Assembly: GCA_963746845.1 (NCBI GenBank) | Contig: CAVVCZ010000008.1 | Span: forward strand, 9,385-73,384 | Direction of reading: 5' to 3' | Source of the DNA: an uncultured Chloroflexia bacterium | Lineage (GTDB): Bacteria; Chloroflexota; Limnocylindria; Limnocylindrales; CSP1-4 | DNA length: 64,000 bases | Part shown: piece after piece, positions 8,986 through 20,099 of the stretch | How the letters are laid out: each line of letters begins with the position of its first letter | How positions within the stretch are numbered: the first letter of the stretch is position 1 | Program-made: the position numbers and the translations under genes | Notes under the pieces: generated by a model | What the model was told of the DNA's origin: nothing | Database searches by the model: none | What the model saw: the letters and a program-made list of their open reading frames with translations, nothing else

Positions 8986-9868
8986 GCGCATCCTCCAGCG
9001 GCTCGACTGGCAGGTCGTCCGCCGGCTGGACGGGCTGCTCCAGGGCGACTATCGGAGCCTGTTCCACGGCTCCGGCCTGGACTTCGCCGCCCTGCGCGAA
9101 TACCAGTTCGGCGACGACGTCCGGGCGATCGACTGGAACGTCACCGCGCGGATGACGGTCCCGTACGTCCGCGAGTACCACGAGGACCGTGACATCACGG
9201 CGTGGTTCCTGCTCGACCTCAGCCCGTCGGTCGACTTCGGGACCGTCGGCGAGGATCGCGAGAAGCGGACCGTCCTCGTCGACTTCGTCGCGACGCTCGC
9301 GCGACTCCTCACCCGGCGCGGGAACCGGGTCGGGGCGATGATCGCGGGCGGCGAGCGGGAGCTGACCATCCCGGCGGGCGGCGGCCGCGCCCAGGTCCTG
9401 CGGCTGATCGAGGACCTGACGCGCCAGCCCCGACTCCAGGCCGCGCCGTTCACGGACCTCGGCCCGCTCCTCGAGAACGCCCACCGGCGGATCAAGCGCC
9501 GCTCGCTCGTGATCCTGATCTCGGACTTCATCGGCGTGCCCGGCTGGGACCGGTCGCTCGAGCTGCTCAACCGCCGGCACGAGCTCCTCGCGGTCCGGCT
9601 GATCGACCCCCGCGAGATCGACCTGCCGGACGTCGGGCCGGTCCTGATGGAGGACGCGGAGACCGGCGAGCAGCTCTACGTCGACACGGCCGACGCGGCC
9701 TTCCGGAAGCGGTTCCGCGCGGCCGCCGACCAGCGCGAGGCCGCGGTCGCGGCCGCGTTCCGGCGATCCGGCGTCGAGGCTGTGACGCTGTCGACCGACG
9801 ACGACCTCGTCCGCGCGATCGTCCGCATGGCGATGGAGCGACGGCTCCGGAGGCGGAAGCCGGCGTGA
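8963..9868 (+). CDS. DUF58 domain protein
   Basis: G.DF..LREY..GDDVR.IDWNVTAR; follows moxR. Confidence 0.9.
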   Translation: MASASAPERILQRLDWQVVRRLDGLLQGDYRSLFHGSGLDFAALREYQFGDDVRAIDWNVTARMTVPYVREYHEDRDITAWFLLDLSPSVDFGTVGEDREKRTVLVDFVATLARLLTRRGNRVGAMIAGGERELTIPAGGGRAQVLRLIEDLTRQPRLQAAPFTDLGPLLENAHRRIKRRSLVILISDFIGVPGWDRSLELLNRRHELLAVRLIDPREIDLPDVGPVLMEDAETGEQLYVDTADAAFRKRFRAAADQREAAVAAAFRRSGVEAVTLSTDDDLVRAIVRMAMERRLRRRKPA

Positions 9869-10911
9869 CGTTCCAGTCGCCCCTCCTGCTGCTCACGATC
9901 GGGCTCGTCCCGCTGTTCGTGCTGGCCACGCGCCGGATCGACGAAGGGCGCCGACGCAAGCTGGCGACGCTCGGCGGCATCGGACGGCTGACGAGCGGCG
10001 GAGGGTCGGCGGCCACCGGCACGCCCGGCACGCCCGGCACGCCCGGCACGAGGAGCCTCGCGGACCGGATTCCCGCGTTCCTCGTCATCGCCGCGCTCGT
10101 GCTCTTCGCGATCGCGCTGGCGCGGCCGCAGGCCACGGTGGCCCTGCCCCGCGTCGAGGGGACGGTCGTCCTGACGTTCGACGTGTCCGGCAGCATGGCC
10201 GCCGACGACGTCCAGCCGACGCGGATGGAGTCCGCCAAGGCGGTCGCCAAGGCGATCGTCGAGCGTCAGCCCCAGGGCGTCGTGATCGGCGTGGTCGCCT
10301 TCTCCGACGCCGGCCTGTCGATCCTCGCCCCGACCTCCGATCAGGCGACGGTCCTCCAGGCGATCGACCGGCTGGGTCCGGCGCGCGGGACGTCCGTCGG
10401 CCAGGGGATCCTCGCCGCACTCGATGCGATCCAGCAGGCGGAGGCCGACACGCCGCCCGGCTACTACAGCAACCGCTCCGCGCCACCGACCGAGGCCCCG
10501 GCGCCCGTCGCGCCGGGCAGTCACGCGGACGCCGCGATCGTCCTGTTCAGCGACGGCGAGAACAACGAGCGACCGGACCCGCTGAGCGCGGCCCAGGTCG
10601 CCGCGAACGAGGGCGTCCGGATCCTGACCGTCGGCGTCGGGACGACAGGCGGCACGACGCTCGATCTCGACGGGTTCCGCGTTCAGACATCCCTGGACGA
10701 GGCGCTGCTCCAGCAGGTCTCGAGCGTGACCGACGGCACGTACCAGCCCGCGGCGAGCGCCGATCCCGGCGCGGTCTACACGAATCTCTCCGCACGGCTG
10801 GTCTCACGCGACGAGGAGATCGAGGTCACCGCGCTCGTCGCGGGCGCCGGGCTGATCCTCCTGGTCGCGGGCGTGATCACGTCGCTCGCGCGCTCGGGAC
10901 GGTTGCCGTGA
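9865..10911 (+). CDS. BatA-like VWA-domain membrane protein
   Basis: TFQSP N-terminal TM, ALARP, DVSGSM MIDAS, FSDGEN; GTGA overlap. Confidence 0.9.
   Translation: MTFQSPLLLLTIGLVPLFVLATRRIDEGRRRKLATLGGIGRLTSGGGSAATGTPGTPGTPGTRSLADRIPAFLVIAALVLFAIALARPQATVALPRVEGTVVLTFDVSGSMAADDVQPTRMESAKAVAKAIVERQPQGVVIGVVAFSDAGLSILAPTSDQATVLQAIDRLGPARGTSVGQGILAALDAIQQAEADTPPGYYSNRSAPPTEAPAPVAPGSHADAAIVLFSDGENNERPDPLSAAQVAANEGVRILTVGVGTTGGTTLDLDGFRVQTSLDEALLQQVSSVTDGTYQPAASADPGAVYTNLSARLVSRDEEIEVTALVAGAGLILLVAGVITSLARSGRLP
10016..10050 (+). repeat. In-frame 9-bp tandem repeat encoding (TPG)n
   Basis: CCGGCACGC repeated about 3.5 times. Confidence 0.8.
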
Positions 10912-10950
10912 TCGGCTCGTCCGCCACCCCTCTCGGGACGAGGAGCTGAC

Positions 10951-12024
10951 ATGGAGTTCCAGTGGCTCGGCCTGCTCGTGCTCCTCGCGATCGTCCCGAT
11001 CCTCATCGCGATCTATGCCTGGAGCCTGCGTCGCCGGCGCCGGGGCGGCGCCCGGTACTCCAGCCTCGCGCTGGTGCGGGACGCGCTGCCGGGCTCGATG
11101 CGCCTGCGCCGGCACCTCCCGTTCGCGCTCCTCGCCGCGGGCGTCGCGGTGGCCGTCGTGGCCCTCGCCCGGCCGTCGGTCGTGCTCAGCGTCCCGACGA
11201 ACCAGACGACGATCATCCTGACGATCGATGTGTCGGGCAGCATGTGCTCCACGGACATCCTGCCGACGCGCCTCGAGGCGGCCGAGGACGCCGCCGTCGC
11301 GTTCGTGACGAGCCAGCGGGCCGAGACCCAGATCGGGATCGTCGCGTTCAGCGGGTTCGCGGCCGTGATCCAGCCCCCGACGACCGACCAGCGGGCCCTC
11401 GTCGACGCGATCCGCAGCCTCACGACCGGGCGGCGGACGGCGATCGGCAGCGGGATCCTCACCGCGATCGATGCGATCTCCGAGGTCGACCCGAACGTCG
11501 CCCGGAGCGTCCAGCCGGGTCGCCCGGGTGTCGCGCCGCCGCCGGTCCCCGCGGGCGCCTACGCGCCGGACATCGTCGTGCTCCTGACAGACGGGGCGAG
11601 CAACGCGGGCCCGGCGCCGATCGATGCCGCCCAGCAGGCGGCCGACCGGGGTCTCCGCGTCTTCACGATCGGGTTCGGGTCGGTCGACGGCGGCGAGCTC
11701 GATCCCGCCTGCCGGCGCCAGTTCATCGGCAACGAGCCGGGCCAGGGGCTCGGTGGCGGGTTCGGCGGTGGCGGCGGGTTCGGCGGTGGCGGCTTCCCGC
11801 GCGGGATCGACGAGGAGACGCTGAAGTCCGTCGCGAAGCTGACCGGCGGCGACTACTACCCCGCCGACAGCGCCCAGCAGCTCGAGCAGGTCTTCACCGG
11901 CCTGCCGACGACCCTGATCACGAAGCACGAGGTCGTCGAGGTCAGCTTCGGGTTCGTCGGGCTGGGCGGCCTCCTCGCCGCGTTCGCCCTCCTGCTCGGC
12001 CGCGCCTGGCGTCCGTTGCCCTGA
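10951..12024 (+). CDS. BatA-like VWA-domain membrane protein
   Basis: DVSGSM, LLTDGASN, TIGFG, IDE.TL; TM helices at both ends. Confidence 0.9.
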   Translation: MEFQWLGLLVLLAIVPILIAIYAWSLRRRRRGGARYSSLALVRDALPGSMRLRRHLPFALLAAGVAVAVVALARPSVVLSVPTNQTTIILTIDVSGSMCSTDILPTRLEAAEDAAVAFVTSQRAETQIGIVAFSGFAAVIQPPTTDQRALVDAIRSLTTGRRTAIGSGILTAIDAISEVDPNVARSVQPGRPGVAPPPVPAGAYAPDIVVLLTDGASNAGPAPIDAAQQAADRGLRVFTIGFGSVDGGELDPACRRQFIGNEPGQGLGGGFGGGGGFGGGGFPRGIDEETLKSVAKLTGGDYYPADSAQQLEQVFTGLPTTLITKHEVVEVSFGFVGLGGLLAAFALLLGRAWRPLP

Positions 12025-12151
12025 CGTTCCCCGGCCGGTGGCCCACGCTGGCGCAAAGTCGTTGCATGTGCAACAATCGGCGCGGAGACCGGTGCGACCG
12101 GCGCCAGGTCGGCGCGGTTCGTTGGCCGGGACGAAGGAAATCGATATCCCC

Positions 12152-12775
12152 ATGGCCGTTGCGCCGCTCAGCCTTCCCACCACGGCCGGTGAGGCCGTCA
12201 TCCAGCGCGTCGCGAAGAAGCTCCGCGCGAACAACATCGAGGTCGTCGTCGTCGACACGGGCGACCAGGCCCGCGACGAGGTCCTGGCCCGGATCGAGCC
12301 CGGCTCCGAGGTCCACAGCGGCAAGAGCCTGACGCTCGAGGAGATCGGCGTCTTCTCCGCGCTCCACGAGGCGGGCCGGTTCGACGCGATCCGCCCGAAG
12401 CTCCAGTCGATGGACCGGGCGACCCAGGGCCGCGAGATGCGCAAGCTCGGCGCGGCCCCGGATACGATCGTCGGCAGCGTCAACGCCGTGACCGAGGACG
12501 GCGTCCTCGTCGTCGCGTCGGCGACCGGCAACCAGCTCGGGGCGTATGTCGCCGGCGCCGGTCGGGCGATCTTCGTGATCGGCAGCCAGAAGATCGTGCC
12601 GGATCTCGACGCCGCGCTCGCACGGATCCGCGAGACGGTCTTCCCCTACGAGGACGCACGCGTCCGGGCGGTGCTCGGGGTCGGCACGAAGCTCGAGAAG
12701 GTGCTCCTGATCTACGGCGAGTGGGTCAGCGATCGAACCACGGTCATCCTCGTCCGGGAGCCCGTCGGGGTCTGA
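12152..12775 (+). CDS. LUD domain (lactate utilisation LutC/YkgG-like) protein
   Basis: GSVNAVTEDG.LV...TGNQ, VIGSQKIVPDLD.A..R, R.TVILV.E.VG. Confidence 0.75.
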   Translation: MAVAPLSLPTTAGEAVIQRVAKKLRANNIEVVVVDTGDQARDEVLARIEPGSEVHSGKSLTLEEIGVFSALHEAGRFDAIRPKLQSMDRATQGREMRKLGAAPDTIVGSVNAVTEDGVLVVASATGNQLGAYVAGAGRAIFVIGSQKIVPDLDAALARIRETVFPYEDARVRAVLGVGTKLEKVLLIYGEWVSDRTTVILVREPVGV

Positions 12776-12994
12776 TCCGCGGCGCTTCGTCTCGTTCGCG
12801 GGGCCCGGTCGGCCACCAGGCGGCCCAATCGACCGGCGAAACGCGCCTCACGGACGCAATCTCGTCGATCCGGGCCGCCACGCGGACCAACGAGCCTCGT
12901 GAACCAGATCTGACAGGCCTGCGACGGGCCGCATCGGTCGTTTCGTCCACCTGACGGCCAGCCGCCAGAGCCCCGAAGGCGGGGTCTGCGCCGG

Positions 12995-14677
12995 TCAGCC
13001 GGCGACGCTCGCCACCAGCGCCTGGGCCTCCTCGAGCAGCCGCTCGAGATGGGCCTCGCCGCGCCAGCTCTCCGCGTAGACCTTCGCGACGTTCTCCGTG
13101 CCCGACGGCCGGGCGGCGAACCAGCCGTTGTCCGTCGCGACCTTGAGCCCGCCGATCGGGGCGTCGTTGCCGGGCGCCCGGGTGAGGATCGACGTGATCG
13201 GGTCGCCCGCGAGCGTTGACGCGGTGACGTCCGACGGCGACAGCCTCGCGAGGACCGCCTTCTGGTCGGGCGTGGCCGGCGCGTCGACGCGGCGGTAGGC
13301 CGGCGCCCCGAACCGGTCCGTGAGCTCGCGGTAGGCGACACCCGGATCGCGGCCGGTCCGGGCCGTCAGCTCGCAGGCGAGCAGGTCCGGGATGATCCCG
13401 TCCTTGTCGGTCGTCCAGACGGAGCCGTCCCGACGGAGGAACGAGGCGCCCGCGCTCTCCTCCCCACCGAACCCGATCGTGCCGTCGATCAGGCCCCCGA
13501 CGAACCACTTGAACCCGACCGGCACCTCGACGAGGCGCCGGCCGACGTCGGCGACCACCCGGTCGATCATCGACGACGACACGAGCGTCTTCCCGACCCC
13601 GATCTCCGCGGCCCACTCCCGCGCCCCGCCGAACAGGTACGCGATCGCGGCGCTGAGGAAGTGGTTCGGGTTCAGGAGGCCCGCGTCCGGGGTGACGACG
13701 CCGTGCCGGTCCGCGTCGGCGTCGTTGCCGAGCGCGAGCTCGAACCGGTCGCGCAACGCGATCAGCCCGGCCATCGCCGACGGCGACGACGGGTCCATCC
13801 GGATCTTCCCGTCCCAGTCGTAGGTCATGAACCCGAACGTCGGGTCGATCCGGGTGTTGACGACGGTGATGTCGAGGCCGTGCCGCTCGGCGATCGCCGC
13901 CCAGTAGCCGACGGACGCCCCGCCCATCGGGTCGACGCCGATCCGGAGGCCGGCGGCACGGATCGCCTCCAGGTCGACGACGTTCGGCAGGTCGGCCACA
14001 TAGCCGCCGAGGAAGTCGTGCGGCCGGGCCGCCGCGGCGACATCGTTCGCCGACGCGCGGCGGATCCCCGCGATGCCGTCGCTCCCCTTCCCCTCGAGGA
14101 GCCGGTTCGCCTCGGCCTGGACCCACCCGGTCACGTCGGTGTCGGCCGGGCCGCCGTTCGGCGGGTTGTACTTGAACCCGCCGTCCTCCGGCGGGTTGTG
14201 CGACGGGGTCACGACGATCCCGTCGGCGAGACCGCGCCCGGCGGCCGCGTCGGCGTCGGATGGCGGGATCCGGCGACCGCGGTTCGCGACGAGGATCGCG
14301 TGGGAGACCGCGGGCGTCGGCGTGACGCCGAGCTCGTCCGAGGCGACGCGGACCTCGACGCCGCGTGCGGCGAAAACCTCGAGGGCCGTCGCGGTCGCGG
14401 GCACGCTCAGGGCGTGCGTGTCGCGGCCGAGGAAGAGCGGTCCGTCGTAGCCGTGCGCCGCCCGGTACCGGCAGATCGCCTCGGTGATCGCGAGGATGTG
14501 GGCTTCGTTGAAGGCCCCGCGGAACGAGGAGCCTCGATGACCTGATGTCCCGAAGGCGACCCGCTGGGTCGGATCCGACAGATCGGGCGTGATCTCATGG
14601 TAGGCGCGGAGGAGCGCGGCGACGTCGACGAGCGTCCTCGGATCGGCCGGCTTGCCGGCGAGCGGGCTGTTCGGCAC
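12995..14677 (-). CDS. pgm: Phosphoglucomutase
   Basis: [44 protein letters not shown]. Confidence 0.95.
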   Translation of the reverse strand: MPNSPLAGKPADPRTLVDVAALLRAYHEITPDLSDPTQRVAFGTSGHRGSSFRGAFNEAHILAITEAICRYRAAHGYDGPLFLGRDTHALSVPATATALEVFAARGVEVRVASDELGVTPTPAVSHAILVANRGRRIPPSDADAAAGRGLADGIVVTPSHNPPEDGGFKYNPPNGGPADTDVTGWVQAEANRLLEGKGSDGIAGIRRASANDVAAAARPHDFLGGYVADLPNVVDLEAIRAAGLRIGVDPMGGASVGYWAAIAERHGLDITVVNTRIDPTFGFMTYDWDGKIRMDPSSPSAMAGLIALRDRFELALGNDADADRHGVVTPDAGLLNPNHFLSAAIAYLFGGAREWAAEIGVGKTLVSSSMIDRVVADVGRRLVEVPVGFKWFVGGLIDGTIGFGGEESAGASFLRRDGSVWTTDKDGIIPDLLACELTARTGRDPGVAYRELTDRFGAPAYRRVDAPATPDQKAVLARLSPSDVTASTLAGDPITSILTRAPGNDAPIGGLKVATDNGWFAARPSGTENVAKVYAESWRGEAHLERLLEEAQALVASVAG

Positions 14678-14820
14678 GCCCTTGAGCGTACCGCGATCAG
14701 CGGGCGCCGAGCGCGGCGACGCGCCTTCCGCGGCGACAGGCCCACCGTTCGTCATTCGTCGCGCTCCCTTGCCGACGGGCGCCGATGGGACAGCGGGTCG
14801 GGTGCGGCGATCCTCGTCCC

Positions 14821-15267
14821 ATGACCGCCCTCCCGATCCGAGCCCCCGAGCCAGTCGACCTGATCCACGAGCCATCGCTCCGACGCCTGCTGGGCGCCGC
14901 GATCGTCGGCGGGATCGGGGCGATCGCCTTCTCCATCGCCATCGCCAACAGCTTCGTCGGTACGCTCCACCACCTGCCCGCCGCGTCCGCGGCGGTCCCG
15001 TGGTTCGTCGGGATCGGCGCGCTCAACGTCGTCGTCGCCGCGGCGCTCGCGGCCCGCCGCGACGTGGTCCGCACGATCGCCGCCGTGATCACGGGCCTGA
15101 CGGCCCTGGCTGCCGCGACCGCGGCCGCGATGACCGCCGCCGGCGTCGATCCGTTCGGTCTGTCGGGCTCCGGCCAGCCGGCCCCGAGCGGCGTCGGGAT
15201 CCTCGCCGTCAGCGCGGTCCTGTACGGCGCCGCGACGCTCCTCGCCGGCGGATCCTCCGAGGCCTGA
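14821..15267 (+). CDS. Hypothetical 4-TM membrane protein
   Basis: Four hydrophobic segments; GC3 bias. Confidence 0.6.
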   Translation: MTALPIRAPEPVDLIHEPSLRRLLGAAIVGGIGAIAFSIAIANSFVGTLHHLPAASAAVPWFVGIGALNVVVAAALAARRDVVRTIAAVITGLTALAAATAAAMTAAGVDPFGLSGSGQPAPSGVGILAVSAVLYGAATLLAGGSSEA

Positions 15268-15348
15268 CTCCCGGCGCGGGTCGCTCCGCGCTCCGCGCTG
15301 CCGCGCGACCCATCGCGGTTCGGCGATGATCGGCGCGGAGGTGCCCCG

Positions 15349-15753
15349 ATGTCCGTCTTCCCCGCCGACGCCACCGACCTCACGCGGCTGCTGGTCGTCG
15401 CCGATCTCGCCCGATCGGTCGCCTGGTATCGCGACGTCCTCGGCGCCGAGATCGTCGGCGAGTACGGCGGGACGTCCGCGGTCGTGCGGTTCGTCGGGTC
15501 GTGGCTGCTGCTCGTCACGGGCGGCGACCCGACGGCCGACAAGCCGACCGTATCGATGGCGCCGCCGTCCGATCCGGATGTCGTCGATGCCGAGCTGATC
15601 GTCGCGGTCCCGGACTGTCACGCCGCGCACGACGAGCTCATCGAGCGCGGGGCCACGTTCCTGGCCGCCCCGGTCGAGTACGCCTGGGAGATCCGGGCCT
15701 TCTTCCGCGATCCCGACGGCCACTTGTTCGAGATCACCCAGCGTCGCCACTGA
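15349..15753 (+). CDS. VOC/glyoxalase family protein
   Basis: V.DL.RS..WYRDVLG, RAFFRDPDGHLFEI. Confidence 0.85.
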   Translation: MSVFPADATDLTRLLVVADLARSVAWYRDVLGAEIVGEYGGTSAVVRFVGSWLLLVTGGDPTADKPTVSMAPPSDPDVVDAELIVAVPDCHAAHDELIERGATFLAAPVEYAWEIRAFFRDPDGHLFEITQRRH

Positions 15754-15844
15754 CACCGATCACGCGGGAGCACGGGCAGGGACCCGACGCCGGCAACGAG
15801 AGACCGGCGGCCCGCCGAAGCGGACCGCCGGTCGGACGCCGTGC

Positions 15845-16264
15845 CTAGAGGGCGGGCGTCGGGCTGGACGAGTCGTTCGACGGCGTCGTCGAGCCTCCTG
15901 AACCGGAGCTGCCGGAACCGGTGCCGCCGGATCCCGAGCCGCCCATGTTCGGGCAGTTGTGGCCGGTCCCCGCGTGGGGAGCCTGACCCTGAGGCGCGGT
16001 GGTGCCCGGAGCGGTCCCGTTGCCGGAACCACCGGAGCCGCCGGCCGCCGGCTGGCTCGCGCTCGGGGCCGTCGATCCGGACGGATCGGCGGCGAACGCC
16101 ACCGCCGTCCCACCGACGACCAGCAGGCCGACGGCGAGAGCAGCGGTCGCGACGCCACGACGGACGCCGCTGAACCAGGGAGTGGATGCCGCGACGGGCG
16201 GCGGGGCCGCGGTCACGGGTTCAAGGGGTGCCGGCTCGTTGGCCGGCACGTCATACCAGGTCAT
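15845..16264 (-). CDS. Small Pro/Gly/Ser-rich membrane-anchored or secreted protein
   Basis: RBS GAAGGAG; TM AALAVGLLVVGGTAVAFA; low-complexity tail containing GHNCPNM. Confidence 0.6.
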   Translation of the reverse strand: MTWYDVPANEPAPLEPVTAAPPPVAASTPWFSGVRRGVATAALAVGLLVVGGTAVAFAADPSGSTAPSASQPAAGGSGGSGNGTAPGTTAPQGQAPHAGTGHNCPNMGGSGSGGTGSGSSGSGGSTTPSNDSSSPTPAL

Positions 16265-16507
16265 CGTTGACTCCTTCGTGAGGTGGTCTCGAGCGGTGCG
16301 TCAATGCCTGTTCATCGGCACCTCCGTGGGGGGATGGGGTGAACCGCAACCGCGAACGGTCACGGGCCCCGTGGGCTCTCCCCGACGGCTGGTCGACGTC
16401 CGATGACGGAACCGCCGTCGCCGCCCCCACGGCAACCTGGTGATGGGTGGCTGCCGCGCGTCGGGCGGAGGGCCTCGGGGCTCCTCCGACCCGCGCGTCG
16501 GCGGCGC

Positions 16508-17564
16508 TCACGGGAACCGGTTGAACCAGTGCGCCGCGAGGCCCGCGCCGGCGACCACGAGCACGAGCCCGGCCGCCGCGAACCACTGGGTGACCTCGCG
16601 CTCCTCGGACGTGTACCCGATCTTCGAGCCGAGGCTCTGGTAGATCTGGTCGAGGTCCGAGGCCGTCGGGGCCTGGAAGGAGCGTGCGCCCGTCGCCTCC
16701 GAGATCGCAGCCAGCGTCTCGGTATCCGGTGGGACATTGACCGTGTGGAGCTGGCCCAGCTCGTCGGGAACCGTCACGACGCCGTCGGCCGTGCCGAGCG
16801 CGATCGTGTAGATCGGGACGTTGAGGGCCGCCGCCTTCTCCGCGGCCGGGATCGGCTCCATGTCCCCGGTCGAGTTGGCGCCGTCCGACAGGAGGACCGT
16901 CGCGACGATCGGCTTCTCCTCCTCTGGCGTCGCGGAGCCGGACGGAGCCGGCGCCGCGGACGCGCCCGCGGAGGGATCGGTCGACGCGGCCGGGGACGGG
17001 ACGGCGTTCGCCGTGGCCGCATCCGGGTCGAGCCCGGCCGCCTGGAGCGACTCGATGATCGCGTCGCCGAGGGCGGTGCCGCCGTGCGCGCGGAGGTTGT
17101 CGAGCGCCGCGTGGAGGGCCGCCCGGTCGGTCGTCGGCTGGACGAGCGTCTCCGGCGCGGTCGAGAACGCGACGAGCCCGACCTTGAACCCGGCCGGCAG
17201 CCGGTCGATGAAGTCCGAGGCCGCCTTCTCGGCCGCCGCCAGGCGGCTCGGTGAGACGTCCGTGGCCATCATCGAGCCCGAGATGTCCATCGTGAGGATG
17301 ATCGTGGCCTCCTCGCGGGGCACCGCGACCGTCATCGACGGGCGGGCGAGAGCGAACACGAGCGCCGCGGCGGCGACCAGGTACAGAGCCGGCGGAACGT
17401 GGCGTCGCCAGGCCGGCGTCCTCGGGACGAGGTTGCCGAGCAGGTCGACGTTGGTGAACCGGACGACGTAGCGGCTGCGACGCCGCTGCGACGAGCCGGT
17501 AGAGGATCAGCCCGACCGGCACGAGCAGCAGGCCGAGCAGCAGGATGGGATCAGCGAAGGTCAT
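16508..17564 (-). pseudogene. BatA-like VWA-domain protein with +1 frameshift near 17489 (real or sequencing indel)
   Basis: MTFADPILLLGLLL... changes frame to QRRRSRYVVRFTN...ALARP...DISGSM...LSDGAN. Confidence 0.85.
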
Positions 17565-18508
17565 GACCGGATTCCTCGGAGGCGCAGCTCTCCGGCCAGG
17601 GTCCGGAGCCAGTCGCCGGCGGTGGACAGGACGATGTGGTCGACACCGAGCCGGCGGAGGTCGGTGGCCACGGATTGGCGCTCGGCGGCGGCCGCGGCGA
17701 CGTAGCGCTCGCGGAGCCGCGGGGAGGACGTGTCGACGCGGACCTCGCGGCCGGTCTCGGCGTCGACGAGGGTCAGCTCGCCGACATCGGGCAGATCGGC
17801 CTCGCGGGGATCGTCGATCTCGATCGCGAGAACGTGGTGACGGGCGGCCAGCGCGGCCAGCGGGCCCCGCCAGTCGCGCGGACCACGGAAGTCCGACACG
17901 AGGATCACGAGACCACCGCGGGGCGCGGCCGCATTCGCGATCCGGAGTGCGTCGGCCGGTGACGTGGCGCCGGTGCCCTCCTCGACGGTCTCCACCCGCG
18001 ACGCGAGCAGCAGACCGAGGAGGCCGGCGCGGCCGGCGGCAGGCGGGAGGCGCCGATCGCGCGACCCGCCGAACGTGACGATCCCGAGGCGGTTGCCACG
18101 TTGGGTCGCCAGGTGGCCGATCGCGACCGCGACGCCTTCGGCGACGTCCGCCTTGCGGCGATCGGCGGTGCCGAAGGTCATCGACGGCGAGACGTCCAGG
18201 AGGAGCCAGGCGGTCAGCGCGCGCTCGGGGACGTGGACCCGCACGTGCGGGATCGTCGTCCGGGCGGTGACGTTCCAGTCGATCCGGCGGACGTCATCGC
18301 CTGGCTCGTACGGCCGGATCTGGGCGAGCTCCGTGCCGCCGCCGAGGTCGTGCGCCCGGTACTCCCCGGGGATCAGGCCCCGGATCCGGCGCCCGACCGT
18401 CAGGTCGAGCGCGCGGAGAAGCGCCTCCGGCGTGGGACCGGGCCCGGGACGCTCCCGGGTCCGGCCGCGCTGGAGATCGGAGGCGGCGCCGGCAAGGCCG
18501 ACGGTCAC
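17561..18508 (-). CDS. DUF58 domain protein
   Basis: RPYEPGDDVRRIDWNVTAR, LDVSPSM. Confidence 0.9.
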   Translation of the reverse strand: MTVGLAGAASDLQRGRTRERPGPGPTPEALLRALDLTVGRRIRGLIPGEYRAHDLGGGTELAQIRPYEPGDDVRRIDWNVTARTTIPHVRVHVPERALTAWLLLDVSPSMTFGTADRRKADVAEGVAVAIGHLATQRGNRLGIVTFGGSRDRRLPPAAGRAGLLGLLLASRVETVEEGTGATSPADALRIANAAAPRGGLVILVSDFRGPRDWRGPLAALAARHHVLAIEIDDPREADLPDVGELTLVDAETGREVRVDTSSPRLRERYVAAAAAERQSVATDLRRLGVDHIVLSTAGDWLRTLAGELRLRGIRS

Positions 18509-19734
18509 GCCGACACCTCGATGTCGTCGGCCGGCGTCGTCGGGGCCGTCGGGAAGGACCCGGCGAAGGCCGTGCCGCTCGCGACCGAGACGTTGGCGAC
18601 GGGCTCGGTGACCGCGCCGCGGGCGAGCGCGCCGCGCTCGGCGGCCTCGGCCCGGGCCAGGAGGCTGTCCTGGGCGACGCGCGGCACGGGGACGGCCGAG
18701 ATCAGCCGGTCGAGGATCATGTCGGCCGTGACCTCCTCGGCGAGGGCCGTGAAGCTCGGGACGACCCGGTGGCGGAGCACGTCGCGGGCGAGGTCGACGA
18801 CATCACCCGGGACGACGTAGCGCCGGCCGCGGACGAGGGCCAGGGCCCGGGCCGCATGGACGAGGTTGATCGAGCCACGCGGGCTGGCGCCGAAGGCGAT
18901 GTACGGCTTGACGTTCGGCAGGCCGACACGCTCGGGGAACCGGGTCGCGGTGGTGAGGGCGACGGCGTAGTCGACGATCGGCCGGTCGACATAGACCTCG
19001 GTCGTCATCGCCTGGAGCACGGCCAGCGACTGGGCGCTGAGGATCGGGCGGATCGTCGCGGCCGAGTGGAGCGACCGCTCGACGACGAGAGCCTCCTCCT
19101 CGGCGCTCGGGTAGCCGACGACGACCTTCATCATGAACCGGTCGACCTGGGCCTCCGGCAGCGGGTAGGTGCCCTCGGACTCGATCGGGTTCTGGGTCGC
19201 CATGACGAGGAACGGCTTCGGGACCGGGTGGGTCTCCGGGCCGATCGTCACCTGGCGCTCCTGCATGACCTCGAGCAGCGCGGACTGGACCTTCGCCGGG
19301 GCGCGGTTGATCTCGTCGGCGAGGAGGAAGTTGCAGAAGACCGGCCCGAGCTCCGTGTCGAACGTGCCCCGGTCCGGGCGGTAGATGCGGGTCCCGACGA
19401 GGTCGCCCGGGACGAGGTCCGGGGTGAACTGGATCCGGCGGAACGAGGCGTGGAGGACGTCGGCAAGGGTCTTGATCGTGAGGGTCTTCGCGAGACCCGG
19501 GACGCCCTCGAGGAGGAGGTGCCCACCGGCGAGGAGGGCGACGAGGACCCGCTCGAGCATCGCGTCCTGGCCGACGATGACCCGGCGGATCTCGTACAGG
19601 ACGGCCTCCGCGGTCTGGCGGGCGTCGATCGCGTTGTCGATGCGGTCGCGATCCGGTCGCGGCGCGCGTGGGGAGTCGGCGGCAGAAGCCGCGACGGCGC
19701 CGGACGCTGCGTCGGCGCGAAACGAATCGGTCAC
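18505..19734 (-). CDS. moxR: MoxR family AAA+ ATPase (second paralog)
   Basis: EGVPGLAKT, RIQFTPDL, DEINRAPAKVQSALLE, ATQNPIE. Confidence 0.95.
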   Translation of the reverse strand: MTDSFRADAASGAVAASAADSPRAPRPDRDRIDNAIDARQTAEAVLYEIRRVIVGQDAMLERVLVALLAGGHLLLEGVPGLAKTLTIKTLADVLHASFRRIQFTPDLVPGDLVGTRIYRPDRGTFDTELGPVFCNFLLADEINRAPAKVQSALLEVMQERQVTIGPETHPVPKPFLVMATQNPIESEGTYPLPEAQVDRFMMKVVVGYPSAEEEALVVERSLHSAATIRPILSAQSLAVLQAMTTEVYVDRPIVDYAVALTTATRFPERVGLPNVKPYIAFGASPRGSINLVHAARALALVRGRRYVVPGDVVDLARDVLRHRVVPSFTALAEEVTADMILDRLISAVPVPRVAQDSLLARAEAAERGALARGAVTEPVANVSVASGTAFAGSFPTAPTTPADDIEVSA

Positions 19735-20099
19735 ATGGATCTCCGCGCCCGTGGGCACGGGCGATCAGCTCAGTGGTGGCGTGGCGACCTCACTCCGTCG
19801 GACCATGCCGTTGGAGGCAGATTCGCGGGAGCCCATGAGAGGAGCCTGAAAGCCCTCGGGGGGTGCTCGCGGCCTGCCGCCGGCACGCCTGCCGGTCGTC
19901 TGGCTCGAACGACAGCCACGACGTCCTTGGACGCGGCCGGCGGCGAATTGGCGCCGGATCGGCCTCAAGCGCCGCGCTGGCCGCCGAATGAGCCGGAAAC
20001 AGCCGTCCCCCCGGAATGCAGGCAGCTAGGGCTCTCGTGGCTGGCGAGTGATCGACGCGGAGCCTCCGGCCGCCAGGGTTCCTCCGCCGACCTTTTCGT

